NCBI RefSeq assembly: GCF_009914755.1
Contig: NC_060948.1
Source: the human T2T-CHM13v2.0 reference genome, Homo sapiens
Length of the DNA: 64,000 nt
Direction: 5' to 3' (one strand)
The notes beneath the pieces were generated by a model, which saw nothing but the letters and a program-made list of their open reading frames with translations, searched no databases and had not been told where the DNA came from. Numbering within the stretch: position 1 is the stretch's first letter; every line of letters begins with the position of its first letter. The position numbers were made by a program, and so were the translations under genes. Below, piece after piece: positions 61,100-64,000 of the stretch.

Positions 61100-62246
61100 T
61101 GAGAGGTGATAATGTGCTAGCAGCCCTCGCTTGCTCTTGGTGCCTCCTCGGCCTCGGAGTCTGCTCTGGCTGTGCTCCAGGAGCCCTTCAGCCTGCCACT
61201 GCACTGTGGGGGCCCCTCTCTGTGGCTGGCTGAGGGTGGAACCAGCTCCCTCTGCTCACGGGGAGGTGTGGAGGGACAGGTGCCAGTGGGAGCCAGGGCT
61301 GTGCATGACACTCCTGGGCTGACATTGGTTCCATGTGGGTGCAGGCTGGGTGGGCCCCACACTCAGCGAAGCTGGCCAGCACCTGCTGGGCTTGATCAGA
61401 GGATGAGCTCCCTCTGGGCTGCTGGAGTGCCTGGGCTAGATGCCACAAAGTCCCCAGTGAGTTCCATTGAGAGGTGAAGCCAGCTGGGCTTCTGGGTCAG
61501 ATGGGGACTTGGAGAACTTTTCTGCCTAGCTTAAGGATTGTAAATGTGCCAATCAGCACTCTGTGTCTAGCTAAAGGTTTGTAAATGCACCAATTAGAGC
61601 TCTGTGTCTAGCTAATCTGGTGGCAACTTGGAGAACTTTTGTATCTAGCTAAAGGATTGTAAATGCACCAATCAGCACTCTGTCTAGCTAAGTTATTGTA
61701 AATGCACCAATAAGCACTCTGAGAAAACCGACCAATCAGCTCTCTGTGAAATGGACGAGTGAGCTCTATGTGAAATGAACCAATCATTAGGATGTAGGTG
61801 GGGCCAGATAAGGGAATAAAAGCAGGTCACCCGAGCCAGCAGTGGCAATCCACTCAGGTCCCCTTCCATGCTGTGGAAGCTTTGTTCTTTCGCTCTTTGC
61901 AATGAATCTTGCTGCTGCTCCTTACTTGGGCCCACATCACCTTTATTAGCTCACCGTGAAGGTCTGCAGCATCACTCCTGAGGCCAGTGAGATCATGAAC
62001 CCACCACGAGGAATTAACAACTCCAGACAAGCTGCCTTTAAGAGCTGTAACAGTCTCCGCGAAGGTCTGCATCTTCACTCCGGAAGTCAGTGAGACCACC
62101 AGAAGCAAGAAACTCTGGACACATCTGAACATCTGAAGGAACAAACTCTAGACACACCATCTTTTAGAACTGTAACACTCACCACTAGGGTTGGCAGCTT
62201 CATTCTTGAAGTCAGTGAGACCAACAACCCATCAATTCCAGACGCA
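61100..62246 (+). mobile_element. LTR12 (HERV9 5' LTR)
   Basis: TGAGAGGTGA start; GC-rich U3; repeated CCAATCAGCACTCTG; U5 repeats; ends CAATTCCAGACGCA. Confidence 0.93.
61549..61822 (+). promoter_or_regulatory. LTR12 NF-Y (CCAAT) repeat promoter/enhancer with AATAAAA TATA-like box
   Basis: About six CCAAT boxes, followed by GGGCCAGATAAGGGAATAAAAGC. Confidence 0.7.
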
Positions 62247-62249
62247 TTT

Positions 62250-62267
62250 TGGCAATCACAAAGGTAC
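62250..62267 (+). promoter_or_regulatory. Primer-binding site, tRNA-Arg type (degenerate)
   Basis: TGGCAATCACAAAGGTAC resembles TGGCGACCACGAAGGGAC. Confidence 0.7.
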
Positions 62268-63567
62268 TATCGCCTATCACCAAGCAGTGAGACTATCAGC
62301 AAGTGGTAAGACCATCGCCTATTGGTGAGATCATCACCTACTGCCAAGTGGTGAGTACCATCAGACCCCTTTCTCTTGCTATTATGTGCTATTTTTCCCT
62401 AGAATTCTGGGGCTAAATATTGGGCACCTTTCGGCCAGTTAAAAGCAACTAGCGTGGCTGCTGGACTAAAGACACGGGTGTCAGCCTTTCTGAAAAGGGC
62501 TCTCTAACAACCCCCGACTCTTTGGAGTTGGGAGCGTTGGTTTGCCTCAAACCAGCTTCCACTTTTCCTGTAATTCTGGGCCAAGCCAAGGGTTGACAGA
62601 GAGGAAAGCCATTCGGCTCCAGGGTCCTGACAACAAGTTGGTTGACCCTGCAGCCATGAGCAGAACTCTCAAAGGCATGTTGCCCAAGAGAGACTCGTCC
62701 ATCTATCCTATCTATCTTGACACTTGCCCCTGGGTCCTAATGCCTGCCAGACAAACTTCCTCTTGCCACTTTTCTCTGAGGCTAGCCCCACTTCTAAAAA
62801 CCATTCCCTGTCTCTGGTGCTTCCTTAGTTTCTGCTATAATATGATTTCTAGTGTAAGCTTCAGGACTCTGTTACCTTCCTCAGGCACCTGGGCTCACCA
62901 ATCAGAAAAACATATTTTTTGCCCAAAGCCCCATTGCAGGGGGAAATATCTGGAATTTTAGGATCCCACCTCAGACTAGCAGGCCTAACAAAAGCTATTG
63001 CTGAAGCTAGGATATGGGGAGCCTCAGAAATTGTATCCTTCTTATTCACATAAGTGAGGACAAAAGGTGTCACACTTCCAAACCTGGAGATCATTTCCTT
63101 CCCTCAGGTTATGGACCTCCACTTCTTTTTTTGGGCATAATATCTTTATAGGACACAGATAAGGTCCCAGTACTAAGAGGAGAATGCTTAGGACTCTAAC
63201 AGGTTTTTGAGAATGCATCAGTAAGGGCCACTAAATCCAATTTTTTCTGGTCCTCCTTGTGGGCTAGGAGGACAGGCAAGGGTGCAGCTTTCCCAAAATG
63301 CATCAGAAAGGGCCACTAAATCTGACCTTCTTCACTCCTCCTTGTGGTCTTGGAGGAAAACTAGTGTTTCTGCTGCTGCATTGGTGAGTGCAACTATTCT
63401 GATCAGCAGGGTCCAGGGACTGTTGTGGGATCTTGAGCAGGCATTGTCCCTCCTGCTGCATCAGTGAGCACAACTATTCTGATCAGCAGTGTCCAGGGAC
63501 CATTGTGGGTTCTTGGGCAGGGGGAGAAACAAAACAGAACAAAACCATAGGCAGTTTTGCCTTTCAG

Positions 63568-64000
63568 ATGGAAAACACTCCGGCATCAAGAGGTTCACCC
63601 TTGAAATGCATCCTAAGCCAATGGTACCAATTTGACACACCAATCCTGAAAAGTAGGTGGCTCATTTTTTTCTGCACTTTGGCTTGCCCCAATATTCTCC
63701 CTCTGATGGGGAAAAATGGCCACCTGAGGGAAGTACAAATGACAATACTATCCTACAGCTTGACCTCTTTTGTAAGAGGGAAGGCAAATGGAGTGAAATG
63801 CCTTATGTCCAAGCTTTCTTTTCATTGAAGGAGAATACACAACTATGCAAAGTTTGCAATTTACACCCCACAGGAGGACATTTCAGCTTACCCCCATATC
63901 CTAGCCTCCCTACAGCTCCCCTTCTTATTAATGATAAGCCTCCTCTTATCTCCCCTGCCCAGAAGGAAATAAGCAAAGAAATCTCCAAAGGACCCCAAAC
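63568..64000 (+). pseudogene. HERV9 gag matrix remnant, frameshifted
   Basis: MENTPASRGSPLKCILSQWYQFD...LIFFCTLA, frameshift, then [14 protein letters not shown]...[26 protein letters not shown]; Gly2 lost. Confidence 0.85.

Larger units (their letters stand above)
62247..64000 (+). mobile_element. HERV9 internal region (leader and gag), continues past the window
   Basis: Follows LTR12 and the PBS; gag homology. Confidence 0.88.

Noticed and set aside
61117-62961. GC-rich ORFs in LTR12 and the HERV9 leader
   Set aside because: Spurious frames in non-coding retroviral sequence

Overview
Repeat-dense primate genomic DNA, most likely from the male-specific Y chromosome (human-like). It contains no intact protein-coding gene. 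The main genic feature is an unprocessed (intron-containing) RBMY-family pseudogene on the minus strand (~38085-45460). Six exons are recognisable: three RRM/linker exons, a single 111-nt SRGY box and two terminal exons. It has frameshifts, mutated splice sites, five in-frame TGA stops and two missing internal exons, and several residues look more like RBMX than RBMY1. The other features, in order: a degenerate tRNA-Phe-primed ERV1 provirus (1-8603) with nested solo LTRs, Alus and an unexplained ~3 kb non-viral block; old MIR/L2/MaLR/L1M sequence; a three-Alu pile-up whose target-site duplications record a micro-inversion (24851-25907); two degenerate tandem arrays (~105-bp and ~60-bp units, 29.3-32.5 kb); a full-length L1PA (48935-57474) interrupted by a younger twin-primed, 5'-inverted L1 whose reverse transcriptase (RT) frame is still open; and the 5' end of an LTR12/HERV9 provirus (61100-end). 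I found no convincing new biological system. The most informative signals are structural and evolutionary. Repeat subfamily names are from memory of consensus sequences and need RepeatMasker/Dfam confirmation.
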